DNA from: an uncultured Bacilli bacterium
GTDB taxonomy: Bacteria > Bacillota_I > Bacilli_A > RF39 > UBA660
Length of the DNA: 64,000 nucleotides
Direction: 5' to 3'
Assembly: GCA_944332025.1 (NCBI GenBank)
Contig: CALVJB010000002.1
Span: forward strand, 26,566 to 90,565
The notes under the pieces are model-generated. The model saw only the letters and a program-made list of their open reading frames with translations, made no database searches and was not told where the DNA came from. Shown here piece by piece: positions 26,753 through 36,778 of this stretch (within the stretch, counting starts at the first letter, position 1; every line of letters starts with the position of its first letter). A program made the translations under genes and the position numbers.

Positions 26753-29323
26753 TTGAAACGAAGTGAAGTAGATAGAGATAAATTAAGTCCTATGATGAGA
26801 CAATATTTAGATATTAAAGATAATTATGAAGATACTATTATCTTTTTTAGACTTGGAGACTTTTATGAAATGTTCTTTGAAGATGCTGTTACTGCTTCTC
26901 GTGAGCTTGAATTAACACTAACAGGTAGAAATGCAGGACTTGATGAGAGAGTTCCTATGTGTGGTGTGCCTTTTAAAGCTTATGAAGGATATTTAGATAA
27001 ATTAATAGATAAAGGTTATAAAGTAGCGATAGTTGAACAATTGGAAGATCCTAAGACTACTAAAGATATGGTAAAAAGAGATGTTATTCAAGTAGTTACT
27101 AAAGGTACAAGACTTGATTCATCTATTAATGCTAAAGATAATAATTTTATCGCATCTATCTATGACTTAGAGTATTGTTATGTCTTATCATACTCTGATG
27201 TATCTACTGGAGAAGTCTATGTTTTATTAGAAAATGGAGATAAGGATTCACTACTTAGAGAAGTCTTAAGACATAACTTTAGTGAAATTATTGTTAATAA
27301 TAAAATAGATAGAGAGTTTGTTAATACTCTTAGAACTACCTATCATTTAAATGTTACTATCTATGATGAATTATATAATGGCAGTGATTATAGTTACGTA
27401 TATAAAAACTTAAAAGATGTTAGAGAAGAGACTGGTATTAAACATTTACTTGCCTATCTTACAAATACTAAAAAAGGAGATTTGTCTCATTTAGGGGAAG
27501 CAAGAATTGAGAATGTTAAAGAACATTTATTAATAGATAATAATACGAAAAGAAATCTGGAACTTACTGAGACTGTTAGATTAAGAGAGAGAACTTATAG
27601 TCTTTTGTGGCTTTTAGATAAGAATAAGACTGCTATGGGTAGTAGACTTTTAAAACAAAATATAGAGAGTCCTTTAACTAATAAGAAAGAAATAGAAAAA
27701 AGGTATGACTTTGTAGATAAGTTAAGAGTAGAATTTATCTTAAGAGATGATTTAAAAAATAACTTAAATGAAGTTTATGACTTAGAGAGACTTGCTAGTA
27801 GAATTACTTATGGTAATTTAAATGCTAGAGACATGCTTCAACTTAAGAATAGTTTAAAAGTATTACCAGAGATTAAGAGAATCTTAAAAGAGTTAAACTA
27901 TTATAAAGAAATAGAGTATTTTCCTGAAGTGTTTAGTTTACTTGATAAAAGTATAGTAGAAGATCCTCCTATTACCTTAAGAGAAGGACATCTTATTAAA
28001 GATGGTTATAACGTTGAGTTAGATGAATTAAGAAAAGTATCTAGCGGTTCTAAAGACTTTATCTTAGAACTTGAACAAAAAGAAAAGGAAAGAACTGGTA
28101 TTAAGAACTTAAAAGTAGGTTTTAATAAAGTCTTTGGTTATTATATAGAAGTTAGTAAAGGACAAGTTAAAGAGTTAAAAGATGAATATGGGTATGAGAG
28201 GAAACAGACCTTATCTAACTGTGAGAGATTTATTACTCCTTTACTTAAAGAAAAAGAAAATATTATCTTAGGAGCAGAAGAAAAGATTATTAACTTAGAA
28301 TATGATTTATTTATGAAGATAAGAGAGACTATTAAAAGATATATTCATCCTTTACAGAGAACTGCTAATATAATTGCTGAAGTTGATATGTTACAAGCAT
28401 TTTCTACTGTTTCTGATATGTATAACTTTGTAAGACCTACTATTACAGATAACACTTGCGTTAAAATAATTGCATCACGTCATCCTGTTATAGAAGAAGT
28501 AATGGCTCGTGATGATAAAAAGTATGTCTCTAATGATATAATTATGGATGAAGATACAAGTATACTTTTAATAACAGGCCCTAATATGGCTGGTAAATCT
28601 ACTTATATGAGACAGTTTGCAATTACTGTTATTATGGCCCAGATAGGTTGTTTTGTACCTGCTAAGAGTTGTTCTATGCCAATATTTGATAAGATATTTA
28701 CAAGAATAGGGGCAAGTGATGATTTAGTTAGTGGTGAGTCTACTTTTATGGTAGAGATGAAAGAAGCTAATCTTGCTTTAGAGAATGCAACAAGAAATAG
28801 TTTAATTTTATTTGATGAATTAGGACGTGGAACTGCTACTTATGATGGAATGAGTTTGGCTCAAGCAATACTTGAATATATCCATGATAAGATAGGGGCA
28901 AAGACAATGTTTTCTACTCATTATCATGAACTTACTAGTCTATCTAATAGTCTAAAACATTTACAGAATGTGCATGTTTCTGCTGTTGAGGAAGATGGAA
29001 AATTAACATTCTTACATAAGATAAAACTAGGTGCAGTTGATAAGAGTTATGGACTTAATGTTGCATCTCTTGCACATTTACCATCATCTTTAATTAAACG
29101 GGCTGAAGAGATACTTAATGTCTATGAAAGTGAAGGGGTTAAAGAAAGAGAGTTTACTCAGACTAGTCTATTTAGTCTTGATGAAGAAGAAGTGAAAGTT
29201 GAAGAGAGGGTTAATGAAATAGAAGAGATGGTTAAAGAGTGTGATCCTTTAAATATGACACCTATTAATGCTTTAAACTTTCTATATGAATTAAAAGAAA
29301 AAATAAAGAAAGAAGGAAAATAG
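26753..29323 (+). CDS. mutS: DNA mismatch repair protein MutS
   Basis: 856 aa. GPNMAGKSTYMRQ Walker A, DELGRGT, STHYHEL, N-terminal mismatch-binding domain. Confidence 0.95.
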   Translation: MKRSEVDRDKLSPMMRQYLDIKDNYEDTIIFFRLGDFYEMFFEDAVTASRELELTLTGRNAGLDERVPMCGVPFKAYEGYLDKLIDKGYKVAIVEQLEDPKTTKDMVKRDVIQVVTKGTRLDSSINAKDNNFIASIYDLEYCYVLSYSDVSTGEVYVLLENGDKDSLLREVLRHNFSEIIVNNKIDREFVNTLRTTYHLNVTIYDELYNGSDYSYVYKNLKDVREETGIKHLLAYLTNTKKGDLSHLGEARIENVKEHLLIDNNTKRNLELTETVRLRERTYSLLWLLDKNKTAMGSRLLKQNIESPLTNKKEIEKRYDFVDKLRVEFILRDDLKNNLNEVYDLERLASRITYGNLNARDMLQLKNSLKVLPEIKRILKELNYYKEIEYFPEVFSLLDKSIVEDPPITLREGHLIKDGYNVELDELRKVSSGSKDFILELEQKEKERTGIKNLKVGFNKVFGYYIEVSKGQVKELKDEYGYERKQTLSNCERFITPLLKEKENIILGAEEKIINLEYDLFMKIRETIKRYIHPLQRTANIIAEVDMLQAFSTVSDMYNFVRPTITDNTCVKIIASRHPVIEEVMARDDKKYVSNDIIMDEDTSILLITGPNMAGKSTYMRQFAITVIMAQIGCFVPAKSCSMPIFDKIFTRIGASDDLVSGESTFMVEMKEANLALENATRNSLILFDELGRGTATYDGMSLAQAILEYIHDKIGAKTMFSTHYHELTSLSNSLKHLQNVHVSAVEEDGKLTFLHKIKLGAVDKSYGLNVASLAHLPSSLIKRAEEILNVYESEGVKEREFTQTSLFSLDEEEVKVEERVNEIEEMVKECDPLNMTPINALNFLYELKEKIKKEGK

Positions 29324-29325
29324 AT

Positions 29326-30093
29326 ATGAAAACAGATTTAGTACAATTAATAAAAGACAGATGTAATTTAGTAGAAAATAATATTGTAGTAAGTAAAATT
29401 TTAAAGTCTTATCTTAAAGATAGTTATACATCTAAAATTATAGAATGTAATGAATATGGCTTTGATTTAAGTAATGGAATATCTATTAGAATAGTTAATA
29501 ATGATATTTTTATAGAAAATTCAGATAGTAAGAGTCTCTTAGGAGAAGATATGAGGTTAACTATTAATAATAACAGTTTTATCTTATCGTATATTAATAA
29601 TATAAGAACTAATGATAAATATATTATTCAAAGCTTTAGACTATACTTTATAAATAAAGAAATAGTAAGTGCTGATATAGGAGAATATCAATATGGTTTA
29701 GATGTTAAAGCCATAAAAGAATATATAGATAATACTATTCTTAACTTACAAGTTATTCATTCTGATTATTATAAACAATTAAAGCTATATATAGTTAATG
29801 ATATATATGAAAATATGCGAATACTACCTGATAATTATAAAGAGTTAGCTTTTGATGTGACTAGTAATAAGGCATTATTTAATGTAAATGATAGTAGTGA
29901 AGAAGAAGAATATACTGGTAATGTATTTGATTTAATTTATCAGTTTGGAAATATTTCTCTTGATAATTCTAATAATACGCAAATGGTTAATATTATTCTT
30001 CAAATTAATAATCTCTTAGAGAAAGAAAAAGATTATACTCCTAAAGAAAGACAATATATCTTACTTAATAATAGAAAAATAAAAAAGGGATGA
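29326..30093 (+). CDS. hypothetical protein (255 aa)
   Basis: ORF immediately after mutS, in the position where mutL usually lies. No family recognised. Confidence 0.45.
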   Translation: MKTDLVQLIKDRCNLVENNIVVSKILKSYLKDSYTSKIIECNEYGFDLSNGISIRIVNNDIFIENSDSKSLLGEDMRLTINNNSFILSYINNIRTNDKYIIQSFRLYFINKEIVSADIGEYQYGLDVKAIKEYIDNTILNLQVIHSDYYKQLKLYIVNDIYENMRILPDNYKELAFDVTSNKALFNVNDSSEEEEYTGNVFDLIYQFGNISLDNSNNTQMVNIILQINNLLEKEKDYTPKERQYILLNNRKIKKG

Positions 30094-30099
30094 TAACTA

Positions 30100-30618
30100 A
30101 TGAATTATGTATTAATATATAAAGATACTAAAAAGAATATAAACTACTATTATAATTTTAATGATAGGTTAGTTTATGCTAGTGATAATAAAAATAATAA
30201 TTGTAACATAATGGGAATAATAGGCATTATTATAGGATTTATTTTCTATCTTACTTTCGCTTGTCTTAGTTATTATTTACCATATTCATATCTATTTATA
30301 GTACTAGTTGGAATTATCTTTGGTATAGTTATAACTCTTATTGCAAACTCTACTATTAAAGATATTTTTAAAGAAAAAGGTAAGAAAATATCTCTAGATA
30401 AACTAAGAGAAATGTATAATAAGAATAAATCATTTAGAATTAAATACTTTATCTTACTAGTTGCTTTCTTTATGCTTACAGTTTTAAATTTAATACTATA
30501 TCAAAATATTACTACCATAAATTTTCTTTTGTTTACTAGTACTATAATGACTTCGTTTTTATTACTTTTATATAGGCCAATTAATAGTTTTAAGTTTTAT
30601 AAAGTGATTAATAAATAG
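30100..30618 (+). CDS. hypothetical membrane protein
   Basis: At least 4 predicted TM helices. Confidence 0.45.
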   Translation: MNYVLIYKDTKKNINYYYNFNDRLVYASDNKNNNCNIMGIIGIIIGFIFYLTFACLSYYLPYSYLFIVLVGIIFGIVITLIANSTIKDIFKEKGKKISLDKLREMYNKNKSFRIKYFILLVAFFMLTVLNLILYQNITTINFLLFTSTIMTSFLLLLYRPINSFKFYKVINK

Positions 30619-30628
30619 TGAGGTAATT

Positions 30629-31213
30629 ATGAAAAAAGAATTAGAAATATGTGTTAAGGCATTAGTTCCATTTAAGGAAATTATTAATGATATGTTAGAA
30701 AAAGGATTTCATGTCCAAGAAGAATTTCAACTTAATGATATTTATATGGTTCCAAAAGATAAAGAGATATCTTTGAAAGAAGCTGATAAACTTTTATCTA
30801 ATTATGTTTTAGTTAGAGAAACAGTAGGTAAGAGAATAATGCTAACTTTAAAAAATAAAGAAATTAATTCTAAAGGTGAAATAGTAAAGCAAAGTTCTAT
30901 TAAATGTCAGATTACTAATTCAGATGATGGTTATAAGTTTATGAAGGAATTAGGATATAAGAAAATGTTAGAAATAAAAGATCATAATATTTTGCTTTCT
31001 AATGGTAAAAATGAGATATATGTTCAAGATGTAGAAGGATTAGGTGCTTATGTAGAGATGGAACAGAAGAATTTATTACTTGATAATAATAATGGTAATA
31101 GTATTGAAGAAATGATTAATACCTTAAATAGTTATGATCTAAAAATAGATAAGAGTAACTACTTTGCTAAAAAATCTTACGATATGTTAAAGATAGTTAT
31201 AGATAATAAATAA
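30629..31213 (+). CDS. CYTH-like domain protein
   Basis: N-terminal ELEICVK (ExExK) motif and a pattern of alternating charged beta-strands typical of CYTH; 194 aa. Confidence 0.5.
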   Translation: MKKELEICVKALVPFKEIINDMLEKGFHVQEEFQLNDIYMVPKDKEISLKEADKLLSNYVLVRETVGKRIMLTLKNKEINSKGEIVKQSSIKCQITNSDDGYKFMKELGYKKMLEIKDHNILLSNGKNEIYVQDVEGLGAYVEMEQKNLLLDNNNGNSIEEMINTLNSYDLKIDKSNYFAKKSYDMLKIVIDNK

Positions 31214-31256
31214 TTTTATTTACTTGTAACTAATTAATAATAGAGATTATTGAGAT

Positions 31257-31288
31257 AGAACAAACATTTTATAATGTTTGCTCTTTTC
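31257..31288 (+). terminator. rho-independent terminator
   Basis: AGAACAAACATT / AATGTTTGCTCT stem (one mismatch), then TTTTC. Confidence 0.6.
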
Positions 31289-31327
31289 ATATGTGACTTT
31301 TTTTGATAAAATAAATTAAGAAAGCGA

Positions 31328-31744
31328 GTGATACTTTTGAAAACAAGAAATGAAGTGAGAGAAATAGCTCTTCGTATAATTTATAAGATAAATATATTTG
31401 ATGATGCTAATGTTTATTATGATGTAGATGATTTAATTAAAGAAGAATATGAAGTTGAAAATGATTTTGTTAATTCTTTAGTTAATGGAGTTATAGAGAA
31501 AAGAGAAGAATTAACTAATTTAGTTAATAAATATATGTCTGATTGGGCTCTTAATAGATTAAATAAAGTAGATCAGGCTTTATTCCTTTTATCTAGTTAT
31601 GAGTTAAAGTATCTTGATACTCCTAGTATTGTTAGTATTAATGAGTGGGTAGAGGTATCTAAAAAATATAGTGATGAGAAAATTACTAAGATGCTAAATG
31701 GGGTTTTAGATAATATTTATCATAGTGAGGACGTAAATGAATAA
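31328..31744 (+). CDS. nusB: transcription antitermination factor NusB
   Basis: KTRNEVREIALRIIYK N-terminus is typical of NusB. Start ambiguous (GTG 31328 or TTG 31337). Overlaps xseA. Confidence 0.8.
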   Translation: MILLKTRNEVREIALRIIYKINIFDDANVYYDVDDLIKEEYEVENDFVNSLVNGVIEKREELTNLVNKYMSDWALNRLNKVDQALFLLSSYELKYLDTPSIVSINEWVEVSKKYSDEKITKMLNGVLDNIYHSEDVNE

Positions 31745-32990
31745 AGAATACTTAACAGTTAGTCAGTTAACTAAATATATTAAATATAAGTTAGATAATG
31801 ATGTTAATTTAAGAGAAGTTTATCTTAAAGGTGAGATTTCTAACTTTAAAGCACATACTAGAGGACACTTTTATTTTACTATTAAAGATGAGGGTAGTAG
31901 AATTAATGCTGTTATGTTTGCAAGTAGTGCTAGTAAAGTTAAGTTTACTCCAGAAGATGGTATGAAGATACTTGTGACTGGTAAAATATCTGTTTATGAA
32001 GCGACAGGTGGATATCAGATTTATGTTAATGAAATGATGGAAGATGGAGTAGGTAATCTTTATGTAGCTTTTGAACAGTTAAAGAAGAAACTTGCTAGTG
32101 AAGGATTATTTGATGATAGATACAAAAAACCTATTCCTAAAATACCAGAGCGAGTAGGAGTAATAACGGCATCAACAGGGGCTGCAATACGTGATATAAT
32201 ATCTACTATTAATAGAAGATTTCCTTTAACAGAAGTTATACTTTTACCAAGTTTAGTACAAGGAGAAGGTGCTAAAGAAGATATTGTAAGGCAGATTAAA
32301 CGAGCTGAAGATTATAATCTTGATGTTCTAATAGTAGGTAGAGGAGGAGGCTCTATTGAAGATTTATGGGCCTTTAATGAAGAGATAGTGGCTCGTGCTA
32401 TTTTTGAATGTCCTATACCAGTAATAAGTGCCGTAGGACATGAGATAGACTTTACTATAGCAGACTTTGTAGCAGACCTTAGAGCACCTACACCTACTGG
32501 AGCGGCAGAGATTGCAGTTCCTAATAAAACTGATGTTATAAACTATATTAATCAGTTAAATTTAAGAAGTAGGAAAGCAGTAGGTACAATACTTGAGTTA
32601 AAGAAGAAGAAACTTGATAGTATTAAAGGACATTACATATTAAATAATCCTTTAGATTTATATTCTGCTAAGATTCAAAAACTTGATTATTTAACAGAGA
32701 GTTTAGTTAAGAATTATAAAGTTATTATTGATAAAGAGAAGATTAAACTAAATAATATTAAGACAAGACCTTTATTTAGTAATCCTTTAGTAATATTAGA
32801 TAAGACTAAACAAAAATATGCATTATTATTAAGTAAATTAGATGCCTTATCACCTTTAAAAACCCTTGAGAGGGGTTATGGTATTGTTAAAATTGGTGAT
32901 AAAGCTGTAACTAGTATAAAAGACTTAAAAAAGGATGATTTAATAAATATAGAATTAAAAGATGGTAGTAAGGAAGCTATCATAAAGTAG
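31737..32990 (+). CDS. xseA: exodeoxyribonuclease VII large subunit
   Basis: N-terminal OB fold (VYLKGEISNFKAHTRGHFYFTIKD), catalytic GRGGGS region; 417 aa. Confidence 0.9.
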   Translation: MNKEYLTVSQLTKYIKYKLDNDVNLREVYLKGEISNFKAHTRGHFYFTIKDEGSRINAVMFASSASKVKFTPEDGMKILVTGKISVYEATGGYQIYVNEMMEDGVGNLYVAFEQLKKKLASEGLFDDRYKKPIPKIPERVGVITASTGAAIRDIISTINRRFPLTEVILLPSLVQGEGAKEDIVRQIKRAEDYNLDVLIVGRGGGSIEDLWAFNEEIVARAIFECPIPVISAVGHEIDFTIADFVADLRAPTPTGAAEIAVPNKTDVINYINQLNLRSRKAVGTILELKKKKLDSIKGHYILNNPLDLYSAKIQKLDYLTESLVKNYKVIIDKEKIKLNNIKTRPLFSNPLVILDKTKQKYALLLSKLDALSPLKTLERGYGIVKIGDKAVTSIKDLKKDDLINIELKDGSKEAIIK

Positions 32991-33002
32991 GAGGAATTAA
33001 TT

Positions 33003-33233
33003 ATGGAAAAGAAAGAGAAAAAATTTGAAGAGAAAATAGAAGAATTAGAAATGCTTGTTAAATCTTTAGAAAATGGTGATGTAGAACTAGATAAAGCGAT
33101 AGATTATTTTACTAAAGCAACTAAACTTGCTAGTGAATGTGATAAAGATTTAAAAGAAGCTGAAAAAGCTTTAACATCTATAGTTAATGAAGATGGTAGT
33201 CTATCTGAATTTAAAGGAGAGGTAGAAGCATAA
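33003..33233 (+). CDS. xseB: exodeoxyribonuclease VII small subunit
   Basis: 76-aa helical protein immediately after xseA; AGGAGG RBS. Confidence 0.85.
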   Translation: MEKKEKKFEEKIEELEMLVKSLENGDVELDKAIDYFTKATKLASECDKDLKEAEKALTSIVNEDGSLSEFKGEVEA

Positions 33234-33235
33234 TT

Positions 33236-33493
33236 ATGAGAGATCTTAAACTCCATGGTATCTATAAACACTTTAAAGGAGATTATTATCTAGTTGAAGA
33301 AATTGCTAAAGACTGTGAGACTTTAGAAGATTTAGTTATCTATCGAAAACTATATGAAGATGGTTCGTGTTGGGTTAGACCTTTAAAAGACTTTATGGAA
33401 AAAGTTAATCATGAAAAGTATCCTAATGTAGAGCAAGAGTATAAGTTTGAACTTATAGAACCATATAGTAAAAGAGAGAGATTTAATGAGTAG
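33236..33493 (+). CDS. DUF1653-like small protein
   Basis: GIYKHFKGDYY ... VIYRKLYEDGSCWVRP pattern. Confidence 0.5.
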   Translation: MRDLKLHGIYKHFKGDYYLVEEIAKDCETLEDLVIYRKLYEDGSCWVRPLKDFMEKVNHEKYPNVEQEYKFELIEPYSKRERFNE

Positions 33494-33947
33494 AGTAATT
33501 ATATATAAAAGTAAAACAGGGCATACTGAAAGATATGCTAGGATGCTTAGTAAAGAGTTAAATATCCCATGTTATTCATATAATGATGCTAAAGTTAGTG
33601 AAAATGATGAGATAATATTCCTTAGTTATATCTATGCTTATAAAATAATGGGGCTTTCTAAAATATTAAAGAGATATAAAGTAAAAGTAATTATTGCTGT
33701 AGGTGCACTTGCCTATAGTAAAGATTATCTTAATACTCTAAAAGATGCTAATAATATAAAACTTCCTTTCTTTTATCTAAGAGGAGGAATTGATTACAGT
33801 AAATTAAATTTTTTCTTTAGAAAGTTGCTTCCTGTTATTGGTAAAGATATTGCTAAAGATGATAAAGAACTCTTAAACTTATTTAAAAATGGTGGAGATT
33901 TTGTTAATAAAGATAACTTAAAAGAAGTACTTAATTACTTAAAATAG
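33486..33947 (+). CDS. flavodoxin-like fold protein
   Basis: N-terminal VIIYKSKTGHTERYA flavodoxin-like signature; 153 aa. Confidence 0.5.
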   Translation: MSRVIIYKSKTGHTERYARMLSKELNIPCYSYNDAKVSENDEIIFLSYIYAYKIMGLSKILKRYKVKVIIAVGALAYSKDYLNTLKDANNIKLPFFYLRGGIDYSKLNFFFRKLLPVIGKDIAKDDKELLNLFKNGGDFVNKDNLKEVLNYLK

Positions 33948-33973
33948 CTATTAATTTAGTTATTTTTTATTTA

Positions 33974-34004
33974 AAAGAGTGCTAGTTAGTTGCTAGCACT
34001 CTTA
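33974..34004. terminator. bidirectional hairpin terminator
   Basis: 12-bp stem AAAGAGTGCTAG / CTAGCACTCTT(a), U-rich on the minus-strand side. Overlaps the last codons of the SpoIVB-like gene. Confidence 0.6.
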
Positions 34005-35005
34005 TCTCCTTCTTCTAACATAGTTGTTATAAAAATACCATACCCTTTCTTAGCATCACTTACAATAACATGAGTAACCGCTCCAACTATCTTATTATTC
34101 TGGATAATAGGGGAACCACTCATACCTTGGATGACACCTCCAGTTTCATTTAAAAGTTCTTTATCTGTTATTTCAAAAAGAATATTTTTAATATCAGTAT
34201 CTTTATTAACATTTAAAATATTTATCTTATATTCTTTTACTTCATTACCATTTATAACAGTCCTAATTATTGCTTCACCTTTCTTAACATCATCTTTGGT
34301 TCCTACTTCTAAAGTTTCAGTATTTAAGAGTTCACTTGTATATTCACCAAATATTCCAGACTCTTCATTAGAGTTAATCTTACCATAAGTTACAGATTCA
34401 TCATAAGTTGCATTTTTCTCACCTGGTGAACCATTCTCACTTCTAGTATTATCAGTTACAGTTGCTTTAAAGATTTTTCCATCTTTTATCTCAAATTTTT
34501 CACCAGTAGTTCTCTCTGTAATTTCATGACCTAAAGCTCCAAAGATAGTTGTTTTAGGATCGATATAAGTTAGTGTACCAATACCTGTTATTTCATCCTT
34601 TACATAAAGACCAGTTTTACAAACATTACTACTATCACAAATCATATCTAAAGTTAAATTAGAAGACTTATTATCTCTAATAATAGTTACATCTAACTGA
34701 TTATCATTTGCTGCTTCTTCATTAACTGCATTTACCATTTCATCAATATTACTTACTTTGGTATCATTTATTTCTGTAATAGTATCGCCAATTTCAAAAC
34801 CAGCATCTTTTCCAATATATCTACTTTCTACTTCATAGAAGCCAACTACTAAAACACCTTCAGAATTAACTTCTATACCAATGGTTTCTCCACCTGGGAT
34901 AATATATTTGGAATAAGCATAGATGTTTATGGGCATAATAAAGAGTATAAGAAGGGGAAAAATTATTTGTAGCTTTAATTTTTTTAAAAAATGCATTTTA
35001 ATCAC
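33986..35005 (-). CDS. spoIVB: SpoIVB-family (S55) peptidase
   Basis: Signal/TM, PDZ-like segment, S55 motifs (GIGTLTYIDP ... FGALGHEI ... GMSGSPII); 339 aa. Confidence 0.7.
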   Translation of the reverse strand: MIKMHFLKKLKLQIIFPLLILFIMPINIYAYSKYIIPGGETIGIEVNSEGVLVVGFYEVESRYIGKDAGFEIGDTITEINDTKVSNIDEMVNAVNEEAANDNQLDVTIIRDNKSSNLTLDMICDSSNVCKTGLYVKDEITGIGTLTYIDPKTTIFGALGHEITERTTGEKFEIKDGKIFKATVTDNTRSENGSPGEKNATYDESVTYGKINSNEESGIFGEYTSELLNTETLEVGTKDDVKKGEAIIRTVINGNEVKEYKINILNVNKDTDIKNILFEITDKELLNETGGVIQGMSGSPIIQNNKIVGAVTHVIVSDAKKGYGIFITTMLEEGDKSASN

Positions 35006-35114
35006 TCCTTAGCTACATTACTATTATGGAGTGTTTTAAGAAAAAAAGACGTGTTAAATCTTGCCAATATTAATCAAATATGATATAATATAGAGCTAAT
35101 TAAGGGGGAATACT

Positions 35115-35417
35115 ATGAAAGTATGGAAGACTGCTAAATTTTTTAAAAAAGATAAAAATATAGAGTTAATTACGAGAAGTTATATTAATTATATATATAA
35201 ATATGGCCCAATTAACGATATTATTAGGAAATATAATATTAATCCAAGTGATGTTTATAAATTAAATCAATATACTGCTAATAGAATTGCGGGATTACTT
35301 ATATTATATCTTGCTAAAGATAAGAAAAGGCTTAATGATATAGTATTAAAGTATGATACTAGTGATTTATTAGTTAGTGATATTACACCAGAAATAGAAG
35401 GATATATAGAAAGGTAA
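35115..35417 (+). CDS. hypothetical protein (100 aa)
   Basis: ORF with GGGGGA RBS. No family recognised. Confidence 0.4.
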   Translation: MKVWKTAKFFKKDKNIELITRSYINYIYKYGPINDIIRKYNINPSDVYKLNQYTANRIAGLLILYLAKDKKRLNDIVLKYDTSDLLVSDITPEIEGYIER

Positions 35418-35541
35418 GGGGAGTTTATGGAAATAAGAAAAGTTAAAGGAAATTATAATAAAAAGAAAAATGTTAAGAAAGTAAATTGTCTTTCTAATAG
35501 TAAAAGAGTTAATACAACAAAGTTATTTAAATAGGTGAGAT

Positions 35542-36561
35542 ATGTATAGTAAGAAATTAATATATGACTATATTATAGGTAATGATATAGATAATTTAGA
35601 AGAATTAGAAAGTGATAATAATTTTCTTTTTGATGCTTTAAAACTATCTCGTGATATATCATATTATAGTTATTTAGATATATCTTATAGAAGAAGTTAT
35701 GATGTTATTAAATATATGTTACTTAACTTTAAAGATAACTTAGATGTCTATCAGGAAGATGCTGATTACTTATTAGATAGTTTAGATGTAGAGAGTATGG
35801 AATATAAAGAGATTATAGTTTTAATAGCTACTATAGATAAAAATAAATTTAATGATTATAAAATATCAAGAGCAGGTTTTTATGTTACAGATAAAGTAGA
35901 AGTAGGTGCTATTCAAAATAGTGATAAAGAACTTGAAGAATTAATAGGCCTAGGTTTTGAAGTAGTTTTATCTAAATATGAAGATAAACCTTTAATACTT
36001 GATTACTATGCTATATGTTTTTTATATGAAATATTTTATCAAGATAAGAATTTTGAAGAACTAGTTCATAAAAATATTAAAGATAAAGAAAAATTGATTA
36101 AAATAGGGAATATTAAGTATTTATTAGATTATATTGGTAATTTAGATTTTTATTTAAAAGAATATTTAGAGGGTCATTTATATCTTTTAGATAATTTAGA
36201 TAAAGACTTAGATTTAGTTAAGAATAATTGGGATAATTATATTAATAGAGTTAATCAACAACGAGTTGCGATAGTTTATCAAGTAGTTGATAAATTTGCA
36301 GAAGAATATAGAGGAAAATTCTATTTTGATATATATGCTGTTTTAGATAAAATAATTCGTAAGTATCATTTAGAAAATATATTTGGACTTGAAGAAGTTT
36401 TAGAAGAATTTGATTTAAAAGATAGTGAATACTTAAAAGAAAAATATACTTCTGATATAGATAAACTAATTAATGAACTGTTTAGGGAAGATGTAGTATT
36501 TAATGATAATAGTGATTATGACATTACTGATGGAAAAGTTGTTGAATTTAAAAAGAAATAG
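35542..36561 (+). CDS. hypothetical protein (339 aa)
   Basis: ORF followed by a terminator. No family recognised. Confidence 0.45.
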   Translation: MYSKKLIYDYIIGNDIDNLEELESDNNFLFDALKLSRDISYYSYLDISYRRSYDVIKYMLLNFKDNLDVYQEDADYLLDSLDVESMEYKEIIVLIATIDKNKFNDYKISRAGFYVTDKVEVGAIQNSDKELEELIGLGFEVVLSKYEDKPLILDYYAICFLYEIFYQDKNFEELVHKNIKDKEKLIKIGNIKYLLDYIGNLDFYLKEYLEGHLYLLDNLDKDLDLVKNNWDNYINRVNQQRVAIVYQVVDKFAEEYRGKFYFDIYAVLDKIIRKYHLENIFGLEEVLEEFDLKDSEYLKEKYTSDIDKLINELFREDVVFNDNSDYDITDGKVVEFKKK

Positions 36562-36587
36562 ATTAAACAAAACCTATTTCTTTTTTT
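36554..36587 (+). terminator. rho-independent terminator
   Basis: AGAAATAG / CTATTTCT stem with a 12-nt loop, then TTTTTTT. Confidence 0.6.
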
Positions 36588-36678
36588 ATATTACATAATA
36601 AAATATTACACTAATTACACCAGCTAGTATTGCTACTAACATTATAGCAGAAACTACCTTTACTATTTTTTGATTCAT
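36586..36678 (-). CDS. 30-aa hydrophobic peptide (MNQKIVKVVSAIMLVAILAGVISVIFYYVI)
   Basis: Not in the ORF track. GAGGTG-5 nt-ATG RBS on the minus strand; single predicted TM helix. Confidence 0.4.
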   Translation of the reverse strand: MNQKIVKVVSAIMLVAILAGVISVIFYYVI

Positions 36679-36778
36679 GTTTTCACCTCAAATTAATTAT
36701 ATATAAAAAGTCTATTTTTGTAAAATAAATTTAGGTAAATAATATTTATTTTTGAATAATATTTACTAGGTGATTATA

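Noticed and set aside
35428-35484. Apparent small basic peptide between 35115-35417 and 35542-36561
   Set aside because: Careful codon-by-codon re-reading gives only 18 aa (MEIRKVKGNYNKRKMLRK) before a stop. That is too short and too weakly supported to call.
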